Positions 53,201-64,000 of a DNA stretch of 64,000 nucleotides are shown piece after piece. The position numbers and the translations under genes were made by a program. Source of the stretch: Octopus sinensis. Lineage: Eukaryota. Within the stretch, counting starts at the first letter, position 1. Each line of letters starts with the position of its first letter. The notes under the pieces were generated by a model. The model was not told where the DNA came from. It ran no database searches and saw only the letters and a program-made list of their open reading frames with translations. The stretch spans positions 37,448,001 to 37,512,000 of the forward strand of contig NC_043010.1 of the NCBI RefSeq assembly GCF_006345805.1, given 5' to 3'.

Positions 53201-55964
53201 GTAAAAGACCCTGTGGACAGGTAGATATTTGGAAAGGTGGCAGGAACACCACAGACTCTGTAAAAAGAGAGAAACAGACAGATAATCATTAATGGTGTCA
53301 TTCATTATTATTATTATTATTATAAAAGTGGTAAGGTGGCAGATTTGTTAGCATGCCAGGCGAAATGCTTAGCAGTATTTCGTCTGCCACTATGTTCTGA
53401 GTTCAAATCCCTCTGAGGTTGACTTTGCCGTTCATCCTTTCGGGGTTGATAAATTACGTACCAGTTGCATATGGGGGTCAATCTAATTGACAGGTTAAAA
53501 AAAAAAAAGCCAAACCTAGCAGAATCGTTAGCATGCCAGAGGACATGCTTAGTGGTATTTCACCTGTCGCTACTTTTGAGTTCAAATTCTGCTGAGGTTG
53601 ACTTTGCCTTTCATCCTTTCAGGGTCAATAAATTAAGTACCAGTGAAACACTGGGGTTGATGTAACCGACATATGAATTGTGGAATGCAAGACAATGTGT
53701 CAGAGAAAATCGTACTGTAGCAGGAGAGAAGTTTGTTCTTAGTGATTCTTCAAAGAAAGCGGCTTGAAAATGCCTCTATGAAAGGCTGCTAAACATGGAG
53801 AATGCATGGGAGAAGGAGAGTCTTTTTAATGTGGACCCAACAGAGGGACCAGCTATCCTAGTTGACAGCAGTTTGATAGATAAAGCAATTAAGGATGTGA
53901 AGACAGGAAAAGCCACTGGCTCACCAGGAATTACTGCTGAGATGCTTAAAATATCTGGTGGACTAGGATATGGCCTAGTTACCCACAGAGTTAAGCAGGT
54001 TCCCAAGGAGGTGTCATACCCATTGACTGGTATAGCAGCATTATTGTCAACTGTGACAAAGGTTAAGACAAAAATAAAAATAAAGACTTACTGGTATTTG
54101 AGGGTTCAACAGTGGCTAAAGTAAGGACAGCATAGAGGAAGTTCATGACCTCTGGTATATATCTTTTAGACATGGAGACACACTGCAAGAACAGAGAGAA
54201 CATAGACCAATCAGAAAAGATGCTATAATCGGCAAATTGACATAAACAACCAGATCCTCTAACGAGATTTAATCTTTTAGCATTCAGATTACTCTGAAAC
54301 ACAATGCTTAATTATTCAGACTGCTTTTAATTAATCATGCATTATCTCATAGCTTTGAGATTTCGATAATGTGATTGTTTAATTTTTAAAATGACATTGT
54401 AAGGTAAGTGTGAGAGGTTGAATCTGGCCAGTTTCAACATAAGATGTGTAGAATATCTTGGCCCGACACATCCTGCTTAAATACTAAAGGATTGAACAAC
54501 ATATTTATTACTTGGCAAGCGAGTTATTGATTACTCTTCAAATCAGATTCTATAATTTACGATCTAAGATGATACAATTTGTAACAAAAATCTCTGCTTA
54601 CCTGTAACAGTATAGTAGTGATAAATAAACCAGCAGCTACATCTCTCTCACATGAAATCAGACACTGGAAATAAAGTATTTGAGATATTAGAAAAAAATG
54701 TAAGCTGTGATCATAAAAATAACAATCCTTTCTACTATAGGCACTACAAGGCCAGAAATTTTGGAAGTGGTGGCTAGTTGATTACATCGAACCCACTGCT
54801 ACACTGGTACTTATTTTATTGACCCCAAAATGACGAAATGTAAAGTTGACTATGATGGAATTTGAACTCAGAATGTAAAGACAGACAAAATGCCACTAAG
54901 CCTTTTGTCCAGTTTGCTAACAATTATGCCCATTCACCATAATAAAAATGGTTTCAAATTTTGGCAGAAGGCTAGGAAAATTAGGGGATAGGATATCATC
55001 ATTGTTTAATATCTGCCTTCCATGCTGGGCTGGCTTGGACAGTTTGACAGGAGCCAGCAAAGGAAGAAGCCTGCACTATGCTTCAGTGTCTGTTCTGGCA
55101 AGGTTTTTACAGCTGGATGCCCTTCTAAACACCAACCACTTTAAAGTGTGGACCAGATGCTTTTTATATGGCACCAGCACTGGCAGGGTCACCAAGTAAT
55201 TTGCAAGGCAAAAATAGTCCTAAACCCTAGTGCTCAGCTGGTACATAGTTTATTGACCTTGGTGCTCTTCCACTCACCAACCCATACTTGTTTCTAAGCA
55301 AGGCAATAGTTCTCCTAGCCTGGATACATTTTCACAGAAGACTGCAAACAAATGACACCACTTGTATGATGGTGACATCTGTTTACAATTAGATGCTAGT
55401 ATGGAAGTTTAAGACAGATGTTAAACGATAAGAACATACATTGCTTAGTCTAAGGAAGGGGGAAAATAATGACAAAATTATTTAGAAGTTATCACTAATT
55501 TAATGTTCCCTTTCCATGTGTGCATGGGTCAGACAGAATTTGTAGAGGCAGATTTTGTATGGCCTGATACCCTTCCTGTCACCAACTCTCACTTGTTTCC
55601 AAGCAAAGTAATATTTCCTCATGAAAGACTAGAAATGAACAACACCACTTACAGGACAGTGATGCTCATTTACAACCTTCATGTGATGTCATGGGAAGGG
55701 TACACACACACACACACGTGTGTATATACATATATCTATATATATATATAGCCGTGTAACCACACATGCTTTTCTTGGACTATTTTTCCTTCTCCAGGCC
55801 TTTTCTCTTGCTCCTCTTTCTGACAAAGAGCCATGCCCGAAATGTTATACACCCACTCTTTTTCCTTTCTTATACTGAGTGTCAACCTAATACATTCCAT
55901 ATGTACATCCTTTTGACTTTTGTTTTTTGTTATTTCTAATTTTTGATATGCCTATATACATATA

Positions 55965-56017
<53 letters not shown>

Positions 56018-56683
56018 CACACATATATATAGATAGATAGATAGATAGCTATATTATTGGTTTCTTTTAGTTTCTGCCCACCAAATCCATTCACACAATG
56101 CCATGCAGTGAAAATGAACTCAAAACAACAAATGCATTATCTTCTTTGTTGTTACCACAACGTTTCAGCTAATTTACTCTCCAGACTTCATCAGGTATCC
56201 TGGTAGAATTTTGAACCCAACCCTGTTCTCATTCCTAAGGTATTTTTTACTGATGTTGTTATTATTATTATCATTATTATTATTGTTATTTATTCCACTA
56301 GGACACCTGATGAAGGCTGGAGAATAAATCAGCCGAAACATGGTAACAACAAGCAAGATGAGGACACATATCCATCCAATGTAAATAATGAACAGAATTC
56401 CTCATCTCTAAAATAGAGAACAGTCAGAACAACAAGGGTGGGAAGCAACCTTCTTAAGCACACAATCACACCTGCATCTATTTAGACGTTGAATAAAATA
56501 TATATATAAAGTATATGAATAAATAAATGAAACACTCACCTGAGAAAGTATCTGTGACATGAAAATCATGGCCGGGGTGCAAACAAAATGTCGGAAATCA
56601 GAAGCTGGATATAGGATTGGAACCAACTTCAACAGCAACAACTAGATCAAAATCAGAATAAGCACTGCATTCAATGATGGCAC

Positions 56684-56714
<31 letters not shown>

Positions 56715-59700
56715 AGGGGTGGGGGGTGGGGGTGGAAATAAACTCTGTTATTGTCTGCACATTTTACAGTTTCATAGTTTCAATCGCCCGTCTGAATGAC
56801 ATATCACTGTTGTAGCTTAAACATAAGTCATTTGTACTCTTCTTCCATAAACATTCTACAGTGGAACATCAGTTTAGAAATTTAATTCATTCCCGAAGGC
56901 CATTTGTCATCCAAAATGCTTGTAAATCATAACTAGTCTTCCCATAGGATATTCAAGAGAAAGCAAGGCAAATTTGATCAAGGATGTATACTGAGCAAAA
57001 GCTCAACAGTAACTAATGCTGTGTTGCTGATGTTCCCAGCTTGTCACCAAAATGTTGTTGCTGGTTTTTGCATATTTGTTACTTGAGACACCACTTCTCA
57101 CCTGAGATATTTTATGTTCATAAAATTATTTTCTAAACTGATTTGTTCCTGATGACAGGTGTTCATAAATGGCGGTTCAACTGTATTGTTTAAAATAAGA
57201 ATCACATTAGCCACTATCAAGGAACTTCCATATAGTCACTAAGCCTGCTTTAACCCTTTCGATACCAGCCCGGCTGAAACTGCCTCTGGCTCTGAGTACA
57301 AATGTCTTGTTTTCATAAGTTATGAATTAAAATCTTCCACCAAACCTTAGTCACAATTTATATTCCCAACATCAGTTTAATGATAACTAAGTTATTTTAT
57401 TAAATTCTTTGTTATATTTAAAGTAATTGAAAGAAACACAGAGTATCTCAAAATAAATACAGTAACGAAAGGGTTAAGTATTAGTTAAATCCATCTCTAC
57501 ATGCAGCAGCCATTCTCTTTAAAATGGACACCACTGCAAACTTAGCGAGATAGGTTCAACAAAAGGTACAGACATGGCTGTGTAATAAGAAGCTTGCTTC
57601 CCAACCTCATGGTTCTGGGTCCAGTTCCATTGTGTGGCACCTTTGGCAAGTGTCTTCTACTATAGCCTCAGGTCAACTAAAGCCTTGTGAATGGATTTGA
57701 TAGACGGAGACCAAAAAAAACCCCATTGTGTATGTGTGTGTATTTATGTATATCTTTGCATCTGTATTTGTCTTCCCACCCCATAGCTTGACATCCGATG
57801 TTGGTGTGTTTACATCCCCATAATTTAGCAATTCAGCAAAAGAGATCGATAGAATAAGTACAAGGCTTACAAAGAATAAGTCCTGGGGTTGGTTTCTTCA
57901 ACTAAAAAAAAACATGGTGCTCCATCATGGCCACAAGTCAAATGACTGAAACAAGCAAAAGAATAAAAGAATACTCGGTAACCCTGGTCCATGTAAACAG
58001 CTAAATCTTCTGCACTATCTTTGAAACAGGGACCATACAAACCTGCCAGGTAGCTTTTACATTGACAGCATAGTTGTCTAATATGGCAGCGAAGATCTGC
58101 TTCAATATTTCAACAAAGGAAAGTAAAACAAACTTGTTATTGCCTTTACATGGTTACGAAAATCTGTTTCTCAATTCTGTGGTTTTGAGTTCAGTCCCAC
58201 GATATGGAAACTCAGGCTGGTGCCTTTTCCTATGGCCCTGTGCCATCAAAGCCTTGTTAGTGAATATGGTAGATGGAAACTGAAAGAAGCCTGTCGTGTA
58301 TGCGTGTCTTCTTGTTTTAACGTCGTAACATCAGGCAACAGCTGTAAACGAGCATCATCCTCATACAGGGAGTTATATGTTTCCACTCGTCTGTGAAAAT
58401 AAGTCTGACCACAGGGAAATATCTTGATTGACACTATATTTTATTGCCCCCGGATGTTTGAAAGGCAAAACTGACCTCAGCAAGATTTGAACTCAGAATA
58501 TAAAACGTCAGAAGAAATAACAGGAGGCATTTTCCTCAAAGCTTTAATGATTTTGTAAGCCTACGATACTTTCTATTTTTTTAAACTTTCATTTCAGAAT
58601 AAACAACACCATCCAAAATAGAGTTATGTCCCTTGCAGGCAATTGTAATGAAAGCTGTATGGAGTTTTCTTTGTTCAATTTGGTTTTTACTCGCTTTTAC
58701 ACGATCTACATTTTATCTTTCTCTATGGAATCGATAAAATAAGTAGCAATAATGTGCTGCAGCCAATTCAACTAAATAGAACTTAATATTTTTTGCTGAA
58801 AATAAATATACACTTTCCTTCAGTTCCTTAAAACTTTTGTGGGTTTGTAAGACAAATCCATCCTACATGCAAGGCTCATCCAACGAGCCTTACTCTTCTA
58901 TAGATATCTTATGAAACTTACAGGGCTGAGTCAAGCTGTTATCAAATATTACATATGTAACTAAGGTGGAGAGCTGGCAGAATCGTTAGCCTAATGGGCA
59001 AAATGTTTAATGGCATTTCATATGTCTTTACGTTATGGGTGCAAATTTTGTAGAGATCGACTTTGCCTTTCATTTTTTGGGGGTCAATAAAATAAGTACC
59101 AGATGAGCATTGAAGCCAATTTAGCCCTCAGTGGGACCCCAGTGAATTTTAAAAGTTATGCAACTTTTACATTTTTTATCTAAATAATTTTATATCTCAT
59201 GACTGTCTACAGTTTATGTATGCACACACAAATTTTGAGTTAAAAATTTCCTGTCATATGGATGTTATTGCATAAAATATGGTCATTGGGATCCAATCGT
59301 AGATCAACTCAAGCCAGATTAATCGAATGAGAAACAAGAACAATTTTAAAATCTTACCGTATCAAGACCAGGGAAGGTCTTCCCAAGCGCTGACTGTTGG
59401 GCTTTGATTGCTGCCAACACAGCAGTGGCAGCAGGTTGTGAGGAGAACTGTGCTAACTGGAACAGCTTAACAACCAGTCGATCCACAAGCCATAGATTTA
59501 CTTCTTGGTGCTTACACACATCCATGTAAAAGGTCAGGACAAATGTGAACAGTTTCTGTAAATCAAACACAAAGGGATTATATGTATGTATGTTTAAATG
59601 CATGTACCATAAATTCTCGAGTATAATAAGCAGGGGATTTTTAGGGGGTTGTACCTCTGAAAAACCTAAACCTTGTAAAGTTCATGTTAGCCAGTCTCTT

Positions 59701-62700
59701 TCCTTGCTTCAAATTCTTAGCTTTTCAAGATTGTCAGTCAGTTTGTCATTCAGCCATCCATCCATTTATTCATTCATGTATATTCATATGTATATGGGAA
59801 GAGTGCAATGGCCTAGTGGTTAGGGTGTTGCACTCCTGATCAAGAGATTGTGATTTTAATTCTTTGACTGAGTGGTACATTGTGTTCTTGAGCAAAACAC
59901 TTCATTTCATATTGCTCTGCAATCACTTCGACACCTGATGTGTAGCACACCATGCACCTGTTCAGGTAATGTCAATCACTATAAGCAAATCATTTATGCA
60001 GGTTTGTTCGGCAAACAATTGCAGAACCATTCATCTTTCTCAAGCTACAAGAGAAAACCATCCGAAAGTGGCCGTAGCCAGTACCGCATCGACTGGCCTC
60101 CGTGCTGTGGGCACATGACAAACACCATCCGATCATGGCCGTTCGCCAGCCTCATCTAGCACCTGTGTCGGTGGCACATAAAAACACCATCCGAAGACCC
60201 GGCAAGACTAGTCAGGCCATAACCCATGGCCCCTACCTGGGACGTAGTCAGTCCACCTGTGCATACCTTCCTTCTTGTGACACTTGTGAAGACCTGTTGA
60301 GGCAAGTGAAAATCAAATCAAAACAAATCAAAATAGATGAACATCAATGGAATCTGTATCTTTGTGGTACCAGTGCCGGTGGCACACAAGAGAACCATCC
60401 GAACGTGGCCGTAGCCAGTTCCGCATCGACCGGCCTCCGTGCTGTGGGCACGTAACAAACACCATCCGATCATGGCCGTTCGCCAGCCTCATCTGGCACC
60501 TGTGTCGGTGGCACATAAAAAACACCTTCCGAAGACCCGGCAAGACTAGTCAGTCCACCTGTGCATACCTTCCTTCTTGTGACACTTGTGAAGACCGGTT
60601 GAGGCAAGTGAAAATCAAATCAAATCAAAATAGACAAAATAGATGAACATCAATGGAATTTGTATCCTGTGGTACCAGTGCCTGTGGCACACAAGAAATC
60701 CATCAGTGCCGTAGTCAGTGCGGTGGGCACATGACAAACACCATCCGATCGTGGCCGTTCGCCAGCCTCATCTAGCACCTGTGTCGGTGGCACATAAAAA
60801 CACCATCCGAAGACCCGGCAAGACTAGTCAGGCCATAACCCATGGCCCCTACCTGGGACGTAGTCAGTCCACCTGTGCATACCTTCCTTCTTGTGACACT
60901 TGTGAAGACCTGTTGAGGCAAGTGAAAATCAAAACAAATCAAAATAGATGAACATCAATGGAATTTGTATCTTTGTGGTACCAGTGCCGGTGGCACGTGG
61001 CACATAAGAAAACCATCCGAACGTGGCCGTAGCCAGTACCGCATCGACTGGCCTCCGTGCTGTGGGCACGTAACAAGCACCATCCGATCGTGGCCGTTTG
61101 CCAGCCTCATCTGGCACCTGTGTCGGTGGCACATAAAAACACCATCCGAGCGTGGCCGTCTGCCAGCCTCGTCTGGCACCTGTGTCGGTGGCACATAAAA
61201 ACACCATCCGAGCGTGGCCGTCTGCCAGCCTCGTCTGGCACCTGTGTCGGTGGCACATAAAAACACCATCCGAGCGTGGCCGTTTGCCAGCCTCGTCTGG
61301 CACCTGTGTCGGTGGCACATAAAATCACCCACTACACTCTCGGAGTGGTTGGCGTTAGGAAGGGCATCCAGCTGTAGAAACACTGCCAGATCTGACTGGA
61401 CTGGTGCAGCTTTCGGGCTCCCCAGACCCCAGTTGAACCGTCCAACCCATGCTAGCATGGAAAGCGGACGTTAAATGATGATGATATATATATATACATA
61501 TATATATATGCCTCACAGAGGCAATGACAAAAGACCGAGACCACTGGAGGTATGCTGCGACTGAGAAGACACGGCAAATAAATTGAGTTCACAGCCGTAA
61601 CCTACACCAGTGTTGCATAACCAGCCCACTCAAAAGTACCTTGGATCGTAGGGTGACATGGTGTGTTTGAGGAGACCTATTGAGCCAAATACATCAACAT
61701 CAACAGCAATATCAAAATCAAATCAAATGGAAATTGTAGTTGTGAGCACCATCCAAACATGGCCGATGCCAGTGTCGCTTTGACTGGTTTCCGTGTCAGT
61801 GGCACGTAAAAAGCACCATCCGATCATGGTCAATGCCAGCTCCACTGGCCCCCGTGCTGGTGGCACATAAAAAGCACCCACTACACTCTCAGAGTGGTTG
61901 GCGTTAGGAAGGGCATCCAGCTGTAGAAACACTGCCAGATCAGATTGGGGCCTGGTGCAGCCTCCTGACTTCCCAGATCCCAGTTGAACCGTCCAACCCA
62001 TGCCAGCATGGAAAATGGATGCTAAACAATGATGATGATGATATATATATATATATATATATAATATATATATATATATGTATGAATAATTAAAAAAAGA
62101 GACAAAAACAAAAGAAGGATGCAACACAAGCAAAGTATTAATATGACACTTGGAGAAGGAAAAGAGTAGTTGCTTTACGTTTCGAGCATAGCTCTTTTTC
62201 ACAAACAGGAAGAACAGGAATTCCAAAAGGAAGAAGGACGAAAGAGGAAAGTAAAATCGCCAATAATCCATGTGCAGTTACACACACAAGTATATATGTA
62301 TGTGTGTACATATGTATTTAGGTAGGTAGATAGATGGATAAGAATGAAATATATGTGTGTGAGTGTTTTTTTTTGTAACATACCTCGAGCTTTGCCTTGT
62401 TACCATCACCTAAACTGGGATGGTTGCACTTCACTATCCGCTCGATGATGGTAATTTGGTCATTTGCAGAATGACCATCTAGTTCCGTCTTGAGTGCTTC
62501 ATATGATTTTGGTACTGAAATTGAGAACAACACATAGTCAAGCAAAACAATTAATAATATGCACCATAGAGAGCCACACTTTATAAGCTCCTAACAGAAA
62601 GAACATCTATCATTAGTTAGACTAGAATTAGCTACACATTTCACACAAGTATACATCTACAGATACATATATACATATACACAAACACACACACACACTG

Positions 62701-63731
62701 AGCTTCCATACAGTTTCTGCCTACCAAATTTCACTCACAAGGCATGAGTGAATCTAAGGCTATATATTATGCAACCTCATATAGGTTTCAAATTGTTGCA
62801 CAAGGCCAGCAATTTCAGGGGAGAGAGTAAGTCGACTAGATCGACCCATGTTCATATTCTTAGATTTTCAAAATTGTCTGTCAGTTTGTCATTCATCCAT
62901 CCATTCATTCATTTATGCAGTCATGTATATTCATATATATATATTGGAAGGACACAATGGCCTAGTGGTTAGGGTTTTGCACTCCTGATCAAGAGATTGT
63001 GATTTCAATTCTTTGACTGAGTGGTACATGGTATTCTTGAGTAAAACACTTCATCTCATTTGCTCTGCAATCACTTCAACACCTGATGTGTGCCACACCG
63101 TGCCCCTGTTCAGGTAATGTCAATCACTATAAACAAATCATTATTTACATTTGACGGATATTTGTCCTCATCTTGTTTGTTGTTAACACAACGTTTCAGC
63201 TAATATACCCTCCAGCCTTCATCAGGCTTCGAGTAAAACCAACAACAGAAGAGAATATGACCAAAGACTGCGTGTACTCCATCCCATGCAGCTGAGGTAG
63301 GTTACACAAAGGCAAAACATGCTGCCCCCTCAAAATAAGGGTAGACGAATATCGCAAAGCTGTGACACGAGATATTGATAAATCAGGTTTAGCTGAACAT
63401 GTATGGAAAAATGGATACCACCTCCCCCTGTGGGATGAAGTTAAAATAATAGACAGAGATAACTACTGGAAAATACAAAAACTAAAAGAAGCAGCACGTA
63501 TGTTAGGACACAGCAACCTCCTAAGCAGACCAAGCGCAAAAGAGACCGATAGAATAAGTACCAGGATAAAAAAAAAAAATTTAAAAAACCACAATTAAAA
63601 ATTCTCCGAAGTGGTGCCCCAGCATGGCCACAATCTAATGACTGAAATATAATGGTTAATATCTTAGTGAATTTACCTTTGAATACAAATGGTAGTTCTT
63701 TCTTGGCTTTTTCTGATATTTCTAACATTTT
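30766..63731 (-). CDS. NOP14: Nucleolar protein 14 (NOP14/UTP2), 3' portion, 12 exons, 5'-partial
   Basis: Exons joined by hand with canonical GT/AG sites and matching phases give one open frame of 483 aa. It contains motifs recalled from NOP14: [84 protein letters not shown]. The homology comes from memory of the family, not from a database search. Confidence 0.95.
30943..31156. mobile_element. Tigger/pogo-like MITE
   Basis: ta|CAGTAAT..GGGATTAC termini; second copy at 47787-47997. Confidence 0.7.
31665..31885. mobile_element. piggyBac-type MITE
   Basis: TTAA|CCCTTT...AAAGGG|TTAA; second copy at 57254-57473. Confidence 0.88.
32015..32173 (-). CDS. NOP14: NOP14 exon (MEGHRKK...[19 protein letters not shown]), 159 nt
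   Basis: Acceptor gttgcag|GATG, donor TGCG|gtaagt. Confidence 0.95.
34827..34951 (-). CDS. NOP14: NOP14 exon ([10 protein letters not shown]...[11 protein letters not shown]), 125 nt
   Basis: Acceptor ttgaacag|GAA, donor AAGT|gtaagc; L.LF.P.I motif. Confidence 0.9.
35210..35528 (+). mobile_element. Abundant SINE, 5'-truncated
   Basis: Same family as 23930. Confidence 0.8.
36900..38500. repeat. (CAC)n/(GGT)n-type low-complexity tract
   Basis: Degenerate trinucleotide repeats that switch strand around 37370. Confidence 0.8.
38853..39072. mobile_element. mariner-type MITE
   Basis: GAAAAGTTCCTGGC / GCCAGGAACTTTTC subterminal inverted repeats. Confidence 0.75.
39347..39566. mobile_element. piggyBac-type MITE nested in a mariner MITE (39301-39728)
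   Basis: Inserted at the GTTAA site that is empty in 38853-39072; inverted homologue at 54273-54491. Confidence 0.72.
40314..40880 (-). mobile_element. Internally deleted mariner element
   Basis: ta|TTGGGTTGTCCGGAAAGTT TIRs; minus-strand remnant [20 protein letters not shown]. Confidence 0.88.
41623..41767 (-). CDS. NOP14: NOP14 exon ([11 protein letters not shown]...[13 protein letters not shown]...PPVIQ), 145 nt
   Basis: Acceptor ttattcag|GTTG, donor CAG|gtaact. Confidence 0.93.
41943..42238 (+). mobile_element. tRNA-headed SINE variant in NOP14 intron
   Basis: TGGCCTAGTGG / GGTTCGAATCT boxes; shares body with 9773 and 12119. Confidence 0.82.
42399..42885 (+). mobile_element. Abundant tRNA-headed SINE, full length
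   Basis: GTGGCTG.TGTGGT head, GGTTCAGTTCC B-box-like motif, internal (TA)n, A-rich tail. Confidence 0.82.
44560..46940. repeat. Cryptic GTA/TAC-rich low-complexity satellite containing a large palindrome
   Basis: Dense GTAGT/GTGGTA/TACTAC words; similar tract at about 12975-13640. Confidence 0.7.
47062..47635 (+). mobile_element. RTE LINE 3' end with a roughly 25-bp tandem repeat in the 3' UTR
   Basis: [18 protein letters not shown]-terminus; about 10 AAAAGGCACC.GTGCTGGT.ACACAT units. Confidence 0.8.
48317..48650 (+). mobile_element. tRNA-headed SINE (third family)
   Basis: TGGCTCAGTGG A box, GAGTTTGACTCC B-box-like motif. Confidence 0.78.
49700..50991 (+). mobile_element. Near-complete mariner transposon (1292 bp)
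   Basis: 37-bp TIRs CGAGGGGCGTTCAATAAGTAATGCC(T/C)CTGACCCACTT with 1 mismatch; TA target on both sides. Confidence 0.97.
49867..50918 (+). pseudogene. mariner DD34D transposase pseudogene
   Basis: WIPRLL, TQDETW, QDNAPVH and YSPDLAPSD motifs with 34 residues between D2 and D3; nonsense TAA at 50254-56 and one 1-bp frameshift near 50700. Confidence 0.95.
51366..51557 (-). CDS. NOP14: NOP14 exon ([12 protein letters not shown]...[11 protein letters not shown]...CNEF), 192 nt
   Basis: Acceptor ttctttag|TGAA, donor TTAG|gtaaag; phase 2 to 2. Confidence 0.88.
51710..52488 (-). mobile_element. RTE LINE 3' fragment
   Basis: [30 protein letters not shown] and the shared 3' UTR. Confidence 0.85.
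52490..52893 (+). mobile_element. Abundant tRNA-headed SINE, full length
   Basis: Same family as 42399. Confidence 0.8.
53179..53257 (-). CDS. NOP14: NOP14 exon ([26 protein letters not shown]), 79 nt
   Basis: Acceptor tttttacag|AG, donor AAAG|gtaaat; bridges phase 1 to phase 2 as required. Confidence 0.85.
53690..54062 (+). pseudogene. RTE LINE fragment (pre-RT region)
   Basis: [23 protein letters not shown] motif. Confidence 0.75.
54092..54182 (-). CDS. NOP14: NOP14 exon ([30 protein letters not shown]), 91 nt
   Basis: Acceptor ttcttgcag|TGT, donor ACCA|gtaagt. Confidence 0.93.
54602..54664 (-). CDS. NOP14: NOP14 exon ([21 protein letters not shown]), 63 nt
   Basis: Acceptor atttccag|TGT, donor CAG|gtaagc; too short for the ORF track. 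Confidence 0.9.
56140..56400. mobile_element. Inverted pair of Penelope-type hammerhead-core repeats
   Basis: Plus strand CTGATGA-AGGCTG-loop-CAGCC-GAAAC at 56307-56339; inverted copy at about 56146-56200. Confidence 0.65.
56540..56641 (-). CDS. NOP14: NOP14 exon ([34 protein letters not shown]), 102 nt
   Basis: Acceptor gatctag|TTG, donor CAG|gtgagt; SDF.H.V.TPA motif. Confidence 0.95.
57254..57473. mobile_element. piggyBac-type MITE
   Basis: TTAA TSDs, CCCTTTCG/CGAAAGGG termini. Confidence 0.88.
57569..57972 (+). mobile_element. Abundant tRNA-headed SINE, full length
   Basis: Same family as 42399. Confidence 0.8.
59358..59555 (-). CDS. NOP14: NOP14 exon (KLFTFVL...TFPGLDT), 198 nt
   Basis: Acceptor tttacag|AAAC, donor ACG|gtaaga; 66 codons. 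Confidence 0.93.
60050..61485 (+). repeat. Tandemly amplified RTE LINE 3' UTR
   Basis: About four blocks of roughly 300 bp, a nested run of roughly 59-bp units, and a terminal (ATG)n tail. Confidence 0.8.
61510..62040 (+). mobile_element. RTE LINE 3' end
   Basis: [16 protein letters not shown]-terminus, shared 3' UTR, (GAT)n tail. Confidence 0.8.
62384..62514 (-). CDS. NOP14: NOP14 exon (VPKSYEALK...[15 protein letters not shown]), 131 nt
   Basis: Acceptor aatttcag|TACC, donor CGAG|gtatgt; conserved NHPSL motif. Confidence 0.95.
63145..63545 (+). mobile_element. 5'-truncated Penelope-like element: inverted hammerhead-core repeat plus GIY-YIG C-terminus
   Basis: [13 protein letters not shown]...[12 protein letters not shown]...KLKEA motif on the plus strand; CTGATGA...GAAAC on the minus strand at about 63175-63226. 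Confidence 0.8.
63677..63731 (-). CDS. NOP14: NOP14 exon ([18 protein letters not shown]), 55 nt, phase 0 to 1
   Basis: Acceptor ttttcag|AAAATG, donor AAAG|gtaaat. Confidence 0.9.
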
Positions 63732-64000
63732 CTGAAAATGAATAAATCAGAAGATCAATAGTTATTGCAACAACAGGATAGAACATGGTATCTGAAAATT
63801 CTAAAACCTAGGACCAAGTACCCCAGCCCCTTACACAAATACACCGGCAAATAATCTACTTCATAAACAGATGTTGTGAATATATGTATTCCATGTAATA
63901 TTCACATCTGAGTAAGGTGGCAAGCTGGCAGAAACATGCCGGGCGAAATGCTTAGTGGTATTTCACCTGTCTTTACGTTCTGAGTTCAAATTCTGCCAAG

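Noticed and set aside
30766-63731. Intronic snoRNAs, which are common in ribosome-biogenesis genes
   Set aside because: No convincing C/D box pair with terminal stem or H/ACA hairpins found by eye; a covariance-model search is needed.

Overview
AT-rich, repeat-dense eukaryotic (animal) genomic DNA, most likely from an octopod cephalopod. That assignment is inferred from recalled Octopus-type SINE/LINE families and was not verified. The only host gene I can support is the 3' part of NOP14 (nucleolar protein 14, small-subunit ribosome biogenesis) on the minus strand. I reconstructed 12 GT-AG exons by hand (63677-63731 down to the stop at 30766-30768; 1452 nt, 483 aa, splice phases all consistent); the 5' exons lie beyond the window end. 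The rest is microsatellites and transposon relics: tRNA-headed SINEs, RTE and restriction-like-endonuclease LINE fragments, Penelope-like (GIY-YIG) fragments, a near-complete mariner, mariner/pogo/piggyBac/hAT MITEs, non-autonomous Helitrons and solo LTRs. Nearly all short ORFs in the supplied track are microsatellite or repeat artefacts. The most interesting observations are four. (1) A 483-bp bipartite RTE-derived element whose 5' end coincides with an HDV-like ribozyme fold. (2) A 1.78-kb very AT-rich element with 163-bp near-perfect inverted ends carrying a minimal hammerhead motif. (3) Several other dispersed hammerhead cores. (4) Large fold-back structures inside NOP14 introns. No prokaryotic-type system (CRISPR, operon) is present.
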